Assembly (NCBI GenBank): GCA_002633005.1
Contig: NMRA01000334.1
Coordinates: forward strand, 400,516 to 464,515
Direction: 5' to 3'
Origin: Phoronis australis
Lineage: Eukaryota > Animalia > Phoronida
Length of the DNA: 64,000 nucleotides
The translations under genes and the position numbers were made by a program. Position 1 is the first letter of the stretch, and each line of letters opens with the position of its first letter. Below the pieces are notes generated by a model. That model was not told the origin of the DNA, did no database searches, and saw nothing but the letters and a program-made list of their open reading frames with translations. Positions 27,117 to 39,608 of the stretch are shown in pieces.

Positions 27117-30100
27117 ATTTCAAGAAACACTAGTTTAGTTTTTTCAGAGAACTAGGTCTACCCAGCTCTTGTTAAAACCACAATCATAATACGTACAAAA
27201 AAGTGAAGCGCTTTCAATTTTTTGAACCGTGTTTAAGTGCATGATACACGAATGTACATGTACAAGGTGACTAATTTGGAGACAACAACAATGTCAAAAA
27301 TTATCATAAGTATGAGGGTTGTATGGCTCTGCCGTAAGAAATCTGCTACTCACATCACCATAGTACGGAAACTTTATGCAAAATTGGTATTCATTTTCAT
27401 TACATGGTCTTACACATGTACACAACCTCTGAGACATTGGCAATGCCTGCCCTTTTCAATGCACAAATTATGTGCCGAGCATCTCAGTCTGATCATTTGC
27501 TTTCTAATTGCAATACTATCAATCTACGCAATCTTCATATTTTTTGTGATTTAATTGTCTTTTATGTTTCGTGTTTTAACAATTTATTTAAGAGTTTATA
27601 AACTTCTGTTGCTGATCAACATCCTTACACCGTAAGATAACTGACGCACAACTGTTTTATAACTATTAAAACTGACGGAGACACTTCCGTCTGATCAATA
27701 CGTCAAGTTGTGTCCCTCCTCAGATATAGGATATCCACATTATTTAACATTTACACAAGGCATCGGTAAGTCTTGGTTAATTCGTTATCTGTTGGCATCC
27801 TACAGGTTGTACACACATCGAAAAATTTGTGTGTGTGCATTTTTTGCATGCGAGATTGTATATCTATCGTATTGCACCGTGAGAAAATATCTCGCGCAAC
27901 TTAGTATGGTGTACTCGCCTGGAGGCGAACAACTACACTTGCATTAGGAAATTACGTATCGACCATGAATAAAACGATGAAACAATTTAGTTCAAATGGC
28001 TACGAAGTGACAGCAATTTGATCTTTTCGCGTGACACATTATCAATATTTGTGAATGAGGACAATTTAAACAAAATTGGGATGGTGTACTCTTTAATCCT
28101 GTGGAATACAATTCCAATACGACACAGTTAAGTAAACGTACTTACTATGAAAATACCTCCTGGTACTACGTAAGTCCATGACAAACTGGCGCACATTGCC
28201 CACGAATACCTTGGTTATGTCAAAAGCACATAAAAAATCCAATGCAGTTTCCTTTGGCTTGTTATTGCTGACTCCATATGGAAGGCTTTAGCAGCAGGAC
28301 AAAATTCAGCAACATAGTATCAACGATCTGCGAATTGCAAAAATCACGGGATGGCACGCGAAGAATTGGTGACATTTATCAAGTACTGTAGAAAAATCAG
28401 TTGTAATGGCATACATGTATGCTAAGAGAGAACTGTTTTTGACGTATTTAACGCTTGCGTAAATTTGGCACGTGTTGAGTTGTTTGCGAAACTGATCGAC
28501 GTTATACCCGCCACATGTACGCGAGCCAGTTGAATTTCAATTTGAAACCATTATGTACTGTAATCATCTCATTCAAAGTTGTCCTGGAACGGCAGAGGAC
28601 GCTGTTTTGAAAGAGTATCACTCTCAGTCTTGCCTGTGGAACTGTTCAAAGAATAACCATTTTTTATTTTGACGATTAACGCTGTCATGCGTCGTCACGT
28701 CCCCGCTGGGAATTTTTGGTGTTGTCACGCTGTTACCACTTGGTGCGAAAGTGCGTAAAACTGCACGATTTATCTGCACAACGAAACGCCACCAAAGTTT
28801 AACCCATTTATAGTTAAAATTGAAAACCGTTTCTGTAGATTTGGTTAATTGAAAAAAGTTGTGACTTCTAAAACTGATCTTTTTGTAGAGAATTTTGTCA
28901 GCAAATGCTTCCCTTCGTAAGGGATTTGGTCAAAACAGGCAATCTTTCGTAAGGAAACCGATACCGCATTAGTTGGAGTAGCCGGCCAGCTAGCTGGATG
29001 AAGACTATCGTCAAAATACAGCAACCACTGTGTGTGTTAAGCTCTAGTAGACGTCGAACTTCAACACCGTCCAGGTTATTCTGCTCCTCGGCTAGAGGTG
29101 AAACTTGAAGCAACATGCAGAAAAAAACGTGAAGAGTTAACAACGTTTTTGTTTGTTGTTAAAAAACCGAATTAACATACATTGTATTCATTTAATATTT
29201 AGTAGTTTGTGATATTGTGTTGCGTTGTAACAATGTTGCACTGTATTGTACGTTTTCAGACATAAACCAAAAATAGAAAAAGAGTTTAATTAAATAAAGA
29301 CACAGATTAAAAGCCAGCCCACGTGGCACGATTTTTCATCACGAAAGGCCAACCGTGTACGCTGGTTAATGACAACTACACCCTGTATGTGTGCTGGTTC
29401 AGTGACACAATAACTTGTCCCTAATAACAACAATTCGTGGCCTCCAGACCAAAAAAATGGCATTGCGTGCTGTGACCTCCAGCCAATGCGATCGGCTTGT
29501 ACCGATTAATTCTCAGCTTCCGTGGTTTGCTGCAATATAAATTGGCGGCAAGGTGTACCGATGTCATTTCCTTCACTTACGTTTACGTACATCTAATAAT
29601 ACTCTTGGAACTTGAGTGCAGAACAACGACATACGAACTTCCCATGCACCGAGCGACCATTCCCCCAATGATAAACAAATTGATCGACATGTCATACATG
29701 CACATGTATACACTGCACACGTTTAGGCTTACAGGCGCAGGTGAAAAGTATCTTAGCAACATAGTGGAGATTGTGACATATACATGTAGGACTAATTACT
29801 TTGCAAAGTTCCAGCCCTAAAAGCTTTAAAAAAATACGTGATTACACCGAAACAGATAAAAAATAAATCTTGATTTATGGAACTGATATTTTTAAAACAG
29901 AAATTAATACAATTGAAAATGATGCTATTAATAATGCTAATATTAATAGTGATGATGATGATGACGATGACGACGGTAGTGATGGTGGATTGTATGTTAC
30001 CATTAGCAGTAGAAAATCATACTTCATTTCTCCATCGCAGCCAAGAAAAGATACATTCGTTCAATAACTCTCGTAGTGAACGAACACATCACAAAGATAC

Positions 30101-33100
30101 CATAACTAGTCACGTGATTATTATTCGTATCAGTTACAATTGCGTCATAAAACGCTATTCGAAACATGCTGACAGTTTGTACTTACTCATTCGTAATTTG
30201 CGTCACTAGACAGGTGTTCGATGTTCTTTTCAAAACAGGGAGAAACGCTTGCCATCATACTATAATTTTCTGGAAAAGACAATCTTTCATAGGAAATTAC
30301 GTCTGAAAAGACACATCTCCTAATGAAATTGGTCCTGAAAAATCACCCCATATATACCTCTTTTATGAGAGTAACCCTCCTGGATTACAGTTTCGATTTA
30401 AGTCCGGCAGTATATGAGTACAGAATAACTTCACTTTTGTCATACACATACTTGTGACGTTCCCCTTTTGCGAATTTTAAGTCAGAGAATGCAGTCCTAA
30501 TACAGGCACAGAATCGCGCGGGCGCTCTCAGGTACAGCGTTCTTTGGTGAACGCAGATATTTTCTCAGGGACCCCATTTTTTAAAGTACATCTACTCATA
30601 CGGTCAGGTCTTTTATGCACAGACAACTGCGCGAAGGAAAATAAAATGTTCTTGAAAAGAAGATTGGTTGGTCTGTACAGTATACGAGACTTAAAATGGG
30701 AAAAAATGGTCACAGAAAAACGCTGTTGTTGAGAGGTCAGGGGGGACACAGTCACAACATGAATTACGAAAGTAATGAGCTAACATAATATCATTTGAAT
30801 AAAACAAATCTACACTACTGGTGTATTTGGTCTTGTCGGTCTCAAACATTAAACCGATCATGTTTCTTTTGTTGTGGTGCATTACGCTAATTGCCGAGCG
30901 GAGGAAAAATGCGTTTCCAACTTGGTTATAACGGCTGCGATGACATTTTTAGTGTTCGACACGCGTCCCGATAACCGAATGCACGGTATTTCCAATTTGA
31001 CTTGTTGATTTCATCTTGAGCCACAAGACAATTAAGTCGTTGGGTGATCAACAATTTCGGTAGGGTGCCATTGTACACCGAGCGAGGTTGAAATATATTT
31101 CTACGCTTTAAATGGTGCCTAACCGTTCTGAGGTATGGATCATGGAGGGGGTAGTGAAGAACAAGGGAGGCCAGGGAGTGCTCTACTAGGCTTACTTCGG
31201 TATGGACCTATCGCCAGGATTTGAGTGGCGGCTTAGACCATTTAGAAAGCAACATTATTGACACACCTTCTTTCAAAGCCGCCATTTTACCCGACAAACA
31301 ACTTACCTGGCTTGCGTTCAGTATACGCTAGAACCTACGCTAGGACCTAGCTAAAACCTAGTCAGAGTCACGTGTTCTCATTTCAAATGCACGGCAATAT
31401 CTCACCTAATCTCGCGAAGTCTTGCTTTTTAGCGTTACTGAACGGGAGGCGGGTAAAAGCTATTATTTGTTAGTCGACATTATGCAAGGGGGAAGCTTAC
31501 GATAGGTCAATTGCTAAAGCGGTCGGAACTCAAGCTAAAGAAACATTTTATTGGCCGTCAGACCCTCTCGTTTCATGACCGAGGCGGCTGCTCGAACTGG
31601 GAAAACAACAACGCGTTCAGTATCTTGTATTTTGTTTAACAAAAGCCGGTACAAACTCGCTGTTCCGTCCATGTTTACCTCTTGTCGCTACAAAATTGGC
31701 CTCAATTTCTTCTTTACTCAGATGAGAAGTAATTTCACAACTTAAAAAGATCTAACAGTTCGTTGTTCCTTGCAAGAGAGAAGGATTTCAGGACCCGCAA
31801 GATCTTGACCCCGAGAACAGAGTCGAAGATAACCAGTCACGTTGCGTGATTCGAGTATTATGTTTATTCGGAGTACATGTAAATGTACGTCATAATTTCG
31901 AGTACAGAGATTAAATCTAGGGCTTAGGAATGATAGCAGTGCACAGGGGACTTCGCTAACCGCCTTTTCGTAAATGTGTAGATGTGTAGCCGTCATACCA
32001 TCAAACGTTTAGACAGGGAACCTACTCGGAAAATGCCAGTCCTGCTCCAAAATCCAAGCGTCAGTTGCTCATGCAAATATTGGGATAGCGCCACTTCACC
32101 TCTATAATTTGGGCGTACTTCCCCAAAATGAATTTAATTTTAACTAGAACCCTGTTTTATTAGAAGTTGAAATATTCAGAAACTTGTAGAATCATAACAG
32201 ACACGTTAAACTTTGTGAATGACAAATAATTCCCGCCTTGGTTTTGTGCATAATCCTGTGTCTTATGTCGAAAAATGTTTATTTAAAACATGTAAATGTG
32301 TGTCATTCAAAATAATGTCAATTTTTGAAGTGATATATATTTATTGAAGAAAACACAGAACATACAAAGAAATAATGACAAACCCTGAAATCGCGAAGCA
32401 TTATATCACTGGGTTTAAACAGCGCAGATAGGCCAGAAGTTAATACAAATACTGTAGATCTATGAAAAATTGAACAAAACAAACCCCAGGGTGTTAGAAA
32501 ACAAATGGCTGTGAATACCCATGGCAATGGTGGTCTGGAAATACTTTTCATTAACGTTATGCATAATCGTTTACAGGGTGGGATCCATACAGAATGGGAA
32601 GGCTTTGCACACGTTCAACCAGGGGGAGGGGAGCTCGGGGGGGGCACTAAAGAGCCATCCCCATTTGGTAAAGTGGACAAAAAGGTCCGCCTCAAAGAAA
32701 CAAAAAGTCCGAAAAAGTAGAAAACGAGACAAAAGTCCACAAAAAAGCCAGGAACTACCAAAATTCGGCGAATGCACCATTCTTAGCTCTGAACGTATCC
32801 CGTATTTTTACTAAAATGTCCACATTCTCAAAAACCCGAGCCCCCCATTTGCTAAGCTGGGAGCGCGCATGCTCTCCTAATTACTCTTTTTAAAAGTGTG
32901 GGGTCTTTTAATCTTCAAACCAAGCTATGAATAAAAATTGCTATCTTTTGAAAATCGTAATACCTTCTACATGTACCATCATATCCTAATGACATGGGAA
33001 GAAATCACTGAACTTTTACAGGGGGACATATTAATTGTAAATCAGGTGATTGGGAACGATGAAAGCAATAATTAAAAGAAAACTGAATTTTTCAATTGTT

Positions 33101-34410
33101 TCTATGAGGCAGGCATTATTTTTGTAAAAGCTGGTTTAGATTTTGATAATAAATTTCTGTCTTTGGATTAGTCATGAAGAAAAGGTATTATAAGTAAATT
33201 AACTGGATTTATTGTGTTAACTTGAGACGAGCGATTATACTGTAGGCTCCAAATATAGTGACTTTCAAATCAAATTGTATACAATCCGTCAAATCAAGGT
33301 AGTTTGGTACTCAACATACGAGAAATATTATGGCTTTCTAAAACTGCCTCGTATCCTCATGAATGCAGTTCGATTAATCGATATTCCTTACAACAAATTA
33401 AACAAATATGTTCTTCCATATAAACTATTATTGCTTCCTTCGTGAAAGTACTTAAATGTTATGATCGTATAATAGAATTTTTTTCATTAATTCTATTTGA
33501 AAAAGAATTACATTATTATGTAGCTGTAGAAACCTTTGACCACACAGTGTATGCTTGTTGAATGTAAATTTGTAAAAAATCTTGTGGCATGACGTTCAGT
33601 GGTAAATAACCAACATAGATGCACAACGTACTTAGACTGCATTTTTGGATGTGATTTTGTCAATATTTCATTTATCCGTGTGCTATTTACCAAACTACAC
33701 CCGCCTACATTTAAATAATGTAGCATTTATGTAACTATATCGCCATAACGGAAATATTCTCCATTTGAGTAATCTGAAACCCCGTGATATAGTCCCTAAT
33801 TTATTAATTGAAGCAGTAGTAAAAAGTCTAATTGTGTCTATCTATGATTTTGAAGCATGAATGTCTAAGTTTCATTTAGGTAACTGTTTATTTTCATGAA
33901 AAAACACTGTTAAGAAACCTTTGAACTGCCTTATCAATGAAATTACTGCATAACTTTTTAAAAAGTGTCTTCAAATGATGTACAATAAATGCTTTTCTGA
34001 AACAGGCTTAGTGCGGATTTGAAACGCATATTGTTACTCCTGCGGTCGCAAACAAACGCTCTGCTGGCTGGCGAAGCTGCATGTAAATACTTCGCTCCAC
34101 TACAAGTAACTCGTTGTCTCTAACCTTGATGTCGCCGAATATCTGACGACTCGTAACGAAGTAACAAAAAACAACGGGTTTTGTTCGTTGATGACTTTTT
34201 TCAGAGCGAATGGCCGAGAGAAGTCTATCCCATCCACTATAAGGATAATCCCAAAACGCCTTTTTTCACCCGTATAGCCAGTTTGTCCATTAAAGACTTT
34301 CAGGGGCAAAAACGACTCAAGACCTACATTGCTTTTTGAATTTCAGTTTATATATATGAGCTGCTTCGTAGATCTTTTCGGTATGTTCAATGTCTTCATT
34401 TTCTTTTCAG

Positions 34411-35802
34411 GTAAGCAACATGTTTATTGTCAGCCTCGCTTTGGCGGATTTCATCGTCGGAATGTTTGTTATGCCCATGAGTGCAATTTATATCTTTACT
34501 GAGGAGTGGTTGTTTGGAGTCATCGTTTGTCAATTTTGGATAACCACAGACTACATCGCGAGTACAGCATCGATATTAAACTTATTCATTCTAAGTGTTG
34601 ACCGTTACTGGTCCGTGACTTCACCGCTGAAGTACATCCGTCGAAGGACAAAAAAGCGAGCATTCCTCATGATTTCGTCTGCTTGGATCGTGTCTAGTTT
34701 GTGGATCATCCCTATAGTCGGATGGCACTACTTTACGAACGGGGGTGTAAGAACCGTGCCCGAAAAAACCTGCGACACAGAGTACGCGACTAATAAAATT
34801 CTGAAGATTATTACATCTATATTCAACTTCTTCCTGCCGCTCAGTATCATGTACGTGCTATATGGAAGGATATTTAACGAGATTAGAAAGAGGTCGAAAT
34901 TCGAATTCGGCCAGAGGATTGTCGGTAACAATATCAATGTGAAAACGCACACGTCGTCTGAAGATGAGCTCAACGACGAAACCTTTAGCAGCGATAGTTC
35001 TCCATTTCCTCGGAAAAGATTTGCCCACGAACGTTTCAACGCGGGGTTCAAACATAGCAGAAATGGTAACAACAATATCAAACAGATTGATACTAAAAAA
35101 TTAGATCCTAACGACACCAAACGGACTTCGTCGAAAGTCGTCAGTACAGGCAAATCTGATAGTGAAGAGCACGTGACAGTAACTAGCGAAGACAATGAAG
35201 ACGGAAATTTCACTGAACTTACACATTCTGAAAGGCCTGAGCTCAGCTCAGAACCAAAACTATTTGTTGTTCGTTTTCCCAAAAGAACTTCATCTAGACG
35301 TGAGACACCAAAGCGGAAAGAATCAAAATTAAGAAAAATTTTCAAAAATCGACTGTCATTGCAAGTTAAGAAGTTTCAAAGTTCGTCACTGAAGAAAGAA
35401 ATTAAAGCTGCGAGACAACTTGGGGTGATCATGGGTGCCTTCACCATGTGTTTCCTTCCATATTTTATCTTGTTTACTGTTGTTGCGTTTTGCGACTCAT
35501 GCGTTCCGAATGACCTGCTTACCAGTATGACTTGGGTGGGATATTTAAATTCCACTTTAAACCCATTTCTATATCCGCTCTGTAACATGACGTTTCGTAG
35601 GAAGTTTCAGAAAATGCTCTGCGGTCAGGAGATAGGAAATCACGTGGGAGAGTCAGCGCGCTACTTCACAACCTCTTTCACGAAGCACGTGAACAATCGT
35701 TTTAGTAGGGAACGCCCTAGGAGAAATCCTTGCGATCCCGCTTCCCATTTGCCGCTTAATTCTGCCTTGGGGGATAGGTGGAACAACACAGAAACCACAT
35801 AA
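34411..35802 (+). CDS. Histamine H1-like GPCR, coding exon 2 (TM2-TM7, long ICL3, C-tail)
   Basis: TM3 is CQFWITTDYIASTAS...DRY (D3.32, Y3.33), TM5 is KIITSIFNFFLP (K5.39, T5.42, N5.46), TM6 is AARQLGVIMGAFTMCFLPYF and TM7 is WVGYLNSTLNPFLYPLCN. These closely resemble vertebrate HRH1 motifs recalled from memory (DYVASTAS, KVMTAIINFYLP, AAKQLGFIM, WLGYINSTLNPLIYPLCN). Confidence 0.93.
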   Translation, partial: VSNMFIVSLALADFIVGMFVMPMSAIYIFTEEWLFGVIVCQFWITTDYIASTASILNLFILSVDRYWSVTSPLKYIRRRTKKRAFLMISSAWIVSSLWIIPIVGWHYFTNGGVRTVPEKTCDTEYATNKILKIITSIFNFFLPLSIMYVLYGRIFNEIRKRSKFEFGQRIVGNNINVKTHTSSEDELNDETFSSDSSPFPRKRFAHERFNAGFKHSRNGNNNIKQIDTKKLDPNDTKRTSSKVVSTGKSDSEEHVTVTSEDNEDGNFTELTHSERPELSSEPKLFVVRFPKRTSSRRETPKRKESKLRKIFKNRLSLQVKKFQSSSLKKEIKAARQLGVIMGAFTMCFLPYFILFTVVAFCDSCVPNDLLTSMTWVGYLNSTLNPFLYPLCNMTFRRKFQKMLCGQEIGNHVGESARYFTTSFTKHVNNRFSRERPRRNPCDPASHLPLNSALGDRWNNTETT

Positions 35803-35893
35803 AATTATAATGATGGACAATTTCCATTTTATGTCTAATTCATGAAAGGGCTAACGATGTCGGAAATCATTTGGCACGCATTTTTATTGAAAC

Positions 35894-35899
35894 AATAAA
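35894..35899 (+). terminator. Candidate polyadenylation signal of the GPCR
   Basis: First AATAAA seen, about 90 nt after the stop codon. Confidence 0.3.
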
Positions 35900-36810
35900 A
35901 TTTTACACATGTATCGCCAGTCTGAATTTATATGCCTCAACGATGATGATGGTGACGCTAATGGATTTGAACACTGCGTTTGATTATTTGTGTTATTTAA
36001 AGAGATGTGATTTTTGTGGATATGTTCCATTTTACTGCTTTTCATCAATACTGAATAATTTACAAATTTCCTTGTTAATAAGTAGGACAATGTTGGACGG
36101 TGGCCACCGTCTCTAGCTGGCCCCAGTAGAGATGGTGAAGCACCTACAGAAGTTTTATACGCCAAAAGCTTTTCGTTGAAATATGCCTCACATTGCAACT
36201 TCCAACAAAGTCACGTTGTGATAAGTACAGTTTTGTACCTTTTGCGCATAGAGGAACATGTTAGGAGGACGTCGATGTCTTTAATTCCTTCCAACTCAAA
36301 CAAATTAATACTCCCGTAATTAATCTAATCAAACTTTTTTCTTGGAGTATTCCTTGGTTCAGTTGTTCTACTCGGCAAGTGGCCATTTGTTACACTGCCG
36401 ATTTGGGCAACTGGACGTGAAAGAACTACTCGATGAAGAAGTTTGATTACAGGATTATTTGTTTTAGTTGGAAGGAATTGTAGACAGCGACGGCCTTCTA
36501 ATATGTCCCTCGATGGGCAAAAGGTAGGCCTATCTATAACAACTTGACTTTGTTGTTTTAATCCGTTTGAGGCATAATTAAACAAAAACCTTCACCGTCT
36601 CTGCTAATGACAGTTGAAGACGATGGTCACTGTCTAGGCCTACGTGTGCCTATACCTTTATTCCTAACAAAAATTCCACACTAAAGCCCCATACATGTGG
36701 GTCTAACACCCTTTAGGAGCCTTACCGACTTCCTACTTCGTACGGTTTCGCAAACGAACAATTCCAGCGAGTGCCCCAAAGTGCTTTGTGGGAGACACAG
36801 CCCAATTTAA

Positions 36811-38538
36811 TTTTTAAGACCCCAAATATTTATATGTTGGTGCATATTGCCGTCATCTCTGTCTGGGCGTCCAGGCGCCCTGCGTCCGTGGCTGTATCTC
36901 CTAAACCCCTTGCAGGATCTTATTGAAATTTGGCAGATGTGTTCCTTTGGGGTTGCCGACGGAGGGAAAAGAATTTCGGATCGATCCGAGTACCGCTGAG
37001 TCCCATAGTGGCAATTTTAGTTTTTTACGTATGCCTCTGTATATTCAAAGGTACACAATTGATTTTCATGAAATTTGGCACATAGGCATCAATTAATGAG
37101 ATAACGCTATCCACGGTTTTCGGATGAATTCGAGGAATTTTGCGCCATCTAGTGGCCATTTTTAGTATTTTCGAGTCCGTTTGTTGGCGTCCGCTCCTCT
37201 ATCAACCAAACCACTTTAAGGATGATTAAGAAAATTGGCATGTATGTTCTTACTATGAAGAGGACGGGTCACGATGATTTTCCGACGACTTCAACTACTG
37301 TGGCGCCTCCTAGTGGCAGTTTTGTTCTGTTTTTGCGCCCATGACTCTATCTCCTAAAGGCTCTACTGGATCTTTATTAAATGTAGCGAATGTGTTTAAA
37401 TGAAGTTGACAACGGACAACGACGACTTCCGGACAGATCAGACTACAGGTGTGCCCCCTAGTGGCAATTTTATTTTTTTACGTTTACCTCTGTATCTTCA
37501 ACGGTCCTTAACGGATTTCTATAAAATTTTGCACATAGGGATCTATTAATGAAGTGACGCAACCTTCCCGTTTTCGGATAGATTCGAGGTATTTTGCGCC
37601 ACCTGGTGGCCATTTTCACTGTTTTCGAGTTGTTTTTTTTGGCGTTCGTCTCTCCATCAACGAACCAGTCTAATAATGATTGTGAAAATTGGCATGTATG
37701 TTCTTACTATGAAGAGGACTGTTGACAGTGATTTTCCGACGACTTCAACAATTGTGGTGCCTCCTAGTGGCAGTTTTGTTTGTTTTTGCGCCAATGGCTG
37801 TATCTTCTAAACGCTCTACAGGATCTTCAATAAATCTAGCAAATGTGTTTATATGAAGTTAACAACAGAAGACGATGACTTTCAGAAGGGTCCAACTAAC
37901 ACTGCCCCCTAACGGCAATTTCATTTTTTCTGTTTTCCTGTTTCTCTGAAGTTCCTCGACGAATTTTCATGGAATTTGTTAAATAGCTTTTTTAAAGAAA
38001 TGATGACATTTTCCGGTTTTCAGATGGATTCGAAATGTTTTGCGCCATCTAATGACCATTTTTATTAGTCTGTTTTTGCCGTGCGCTCTCTGTCAACCAA
38101 ACCACTCTTAGGATGGTTGTGAAAATTATCTTATATATTGTTAGTGTGAAGAGGACGGTTGACGGTGATTTTCAGGCTTCAATTCCTGTGGCGCCTCGTA
38201 TTGGCAGTTTTTTTGCGCCCCTAGCTGTTTGTCCTAATCCCTCTGCAGAATGTTTATTAAGTTTAGCAAGTGTATTTATGTGACGTTGACAACGGAAGAC
38301 AACAACTTTCAGACAGGATCCGCTAAACGTTTGTCTCCTAGCGGAAATTTTTTTCCGTTTTGCTAAATATTCGTGGAGTATTTTCATGTTAAAAACGGTG
38401 ACATTTTCCAGTTTTTTGATGGATTCGAAATATTTTGCACTATCTAATTGCCATTTTTATGATACAAATAAACACCCTGAAAGCACACCGTTTGCAGTGT
38501 ATTCGTGGGCGCATTTCAACGCTCTGCGTTGATCTTGT
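36811..38538 (+). mobile_element. Helentron-associated (HINE/DINE-1-like) element with internal ~150-bp monomers in ~454-bp trimers, copy A
   Basis: It has a T-rich left end, a gcgtcc short repeat near the 5' end and a 3' gtgggcgcat sub-terminal sequence. A hairpin caacgc-tct-gcgttg precedes tcttgt. Internal motifs recur at 37141/37595/38041 and 37302/37756. A homologous copy lies at 58648-59760. Confidence 0.7.
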
Positions 38539-39608
38539 AGAACTTTTTGTAATGTAAGCAAAACAGCTATTGGTCACAGTCTCTTGACGTGAAAATAGGG
38601 AATTAGAAATACACTTTTAAAAGTTTGATTGAATAAAGCACAATCTTCATTTTACGCGTCTGAAAGATCCATTTAAGGTTCACAGGACCGAGATACATGT
38701 ACATGTATGTTGCATAAGCCATAGTGACGTACACTATAAGTCATCTGATATGGAGAAAACTGTGTATCTGGCACTGGAGATACTAGAGAATAATAGAGCC
38801 GTCCCGGATTACACGACGATAGAAGTCTTCTTTGTCCCGGTGATTTAAGAGAGAGAGAGAGAGAAAACGCTTTTATTTACATTACATAATAGTAAAACAT
38901 TGATTAAAATTTGATTTCAATTAGGAGGCCTTCTACAGGTTATTGACCGCTAATAAGACGATCCCCTGTACAAGATAAACAAATGGAAATGCAAAAATCA
39001 GTAGGAATACTTAAGAAAACAGTGAATTAGTGCTGAAAACGACCGACACGCCAGGAACCAAGAAGTAAACTGGCACAGCTCAGGAGATTTTGAGAATACA
39101 ATTAGATACTGTTACATATGAAGCAATTGGAAATATGACAAACTGGATCGTAGTTGTTAATAATAAAATTGGTTAAGAACCTGGAGAATGCTTGCAAAGA
39201 ATGCGTTTTTATTATATTTAGAGCAGAGACTGGTATTTCGTTGTTGTTTATAAGTCAAGGAATCTGAAATCTAATACAGGCTCTTGATGACAATTTGTTG
39301 GACGGAGGAATTAAAATTTTGGGTTGTATTGTCGGTATAGTAGCTGAGTATTGATTCAGGTACATGTATGTAGGAGTTTAATGTGTCTGGTTGGCTTATA
39401 TTGGATGGGTTTACTAAAGAAGTTGTTAGTGTAAAAATACTTAGGAAGCTGATTATTCAGGAATTTATAGTAAAATTTTGCAGTTGAGATTTTAAAGATG
39501 TCTTGAACTAGAGGGAGGCGAAGTTCCTTACATATGGGCAGAGAGTGAGCATTATAACTTGAATTTGATATATTCCTAAGGATTCTTTTCTGGGCTGTCT
39601 GAAGTTTC

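Larger units (their letters stand above)
5098..34410 (+). other. 29,313-bp phase-0 GT-AG intron of the H1-like GPCR gene
   Basis: The donor is GTACGT at 5098 and the acceptor is tcttcattttcttttcAG ending at 34410. Joining gives KKLQT|VSNMFIVSLALAD, the typical aminergic ICL1-TM2 sequence, with no missing residues. Confidence 0.88.

Noticed and set aside
5200-34300. The many 60-110 aa ORFs in the intron
   Set aside because: Their lengths are as expected by chance, many have non-ATG starts, none shows domain motifs, and several overlap MITEs or microsatellites.
34390-34410. ATG at 34390 as the GPCR start
   Set aside because: MSSFSFQ is the translated polypyrimidine tract and acceptor. The protein would lack TM1, which exon 1 supplies.
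34728-35345. 205-aa antisense ORF
   Set aside because: It is a shadow of the GPCR ICL3 coding strand and has no recognisable domain.
36990-38455. Regularly spaced motifs as a CRISPR-like repeat-spacer array
   Set aside because: The intervening sequences are themselves repeated with ~454-bp periodicity, so this is a higher-order tandem repeat.
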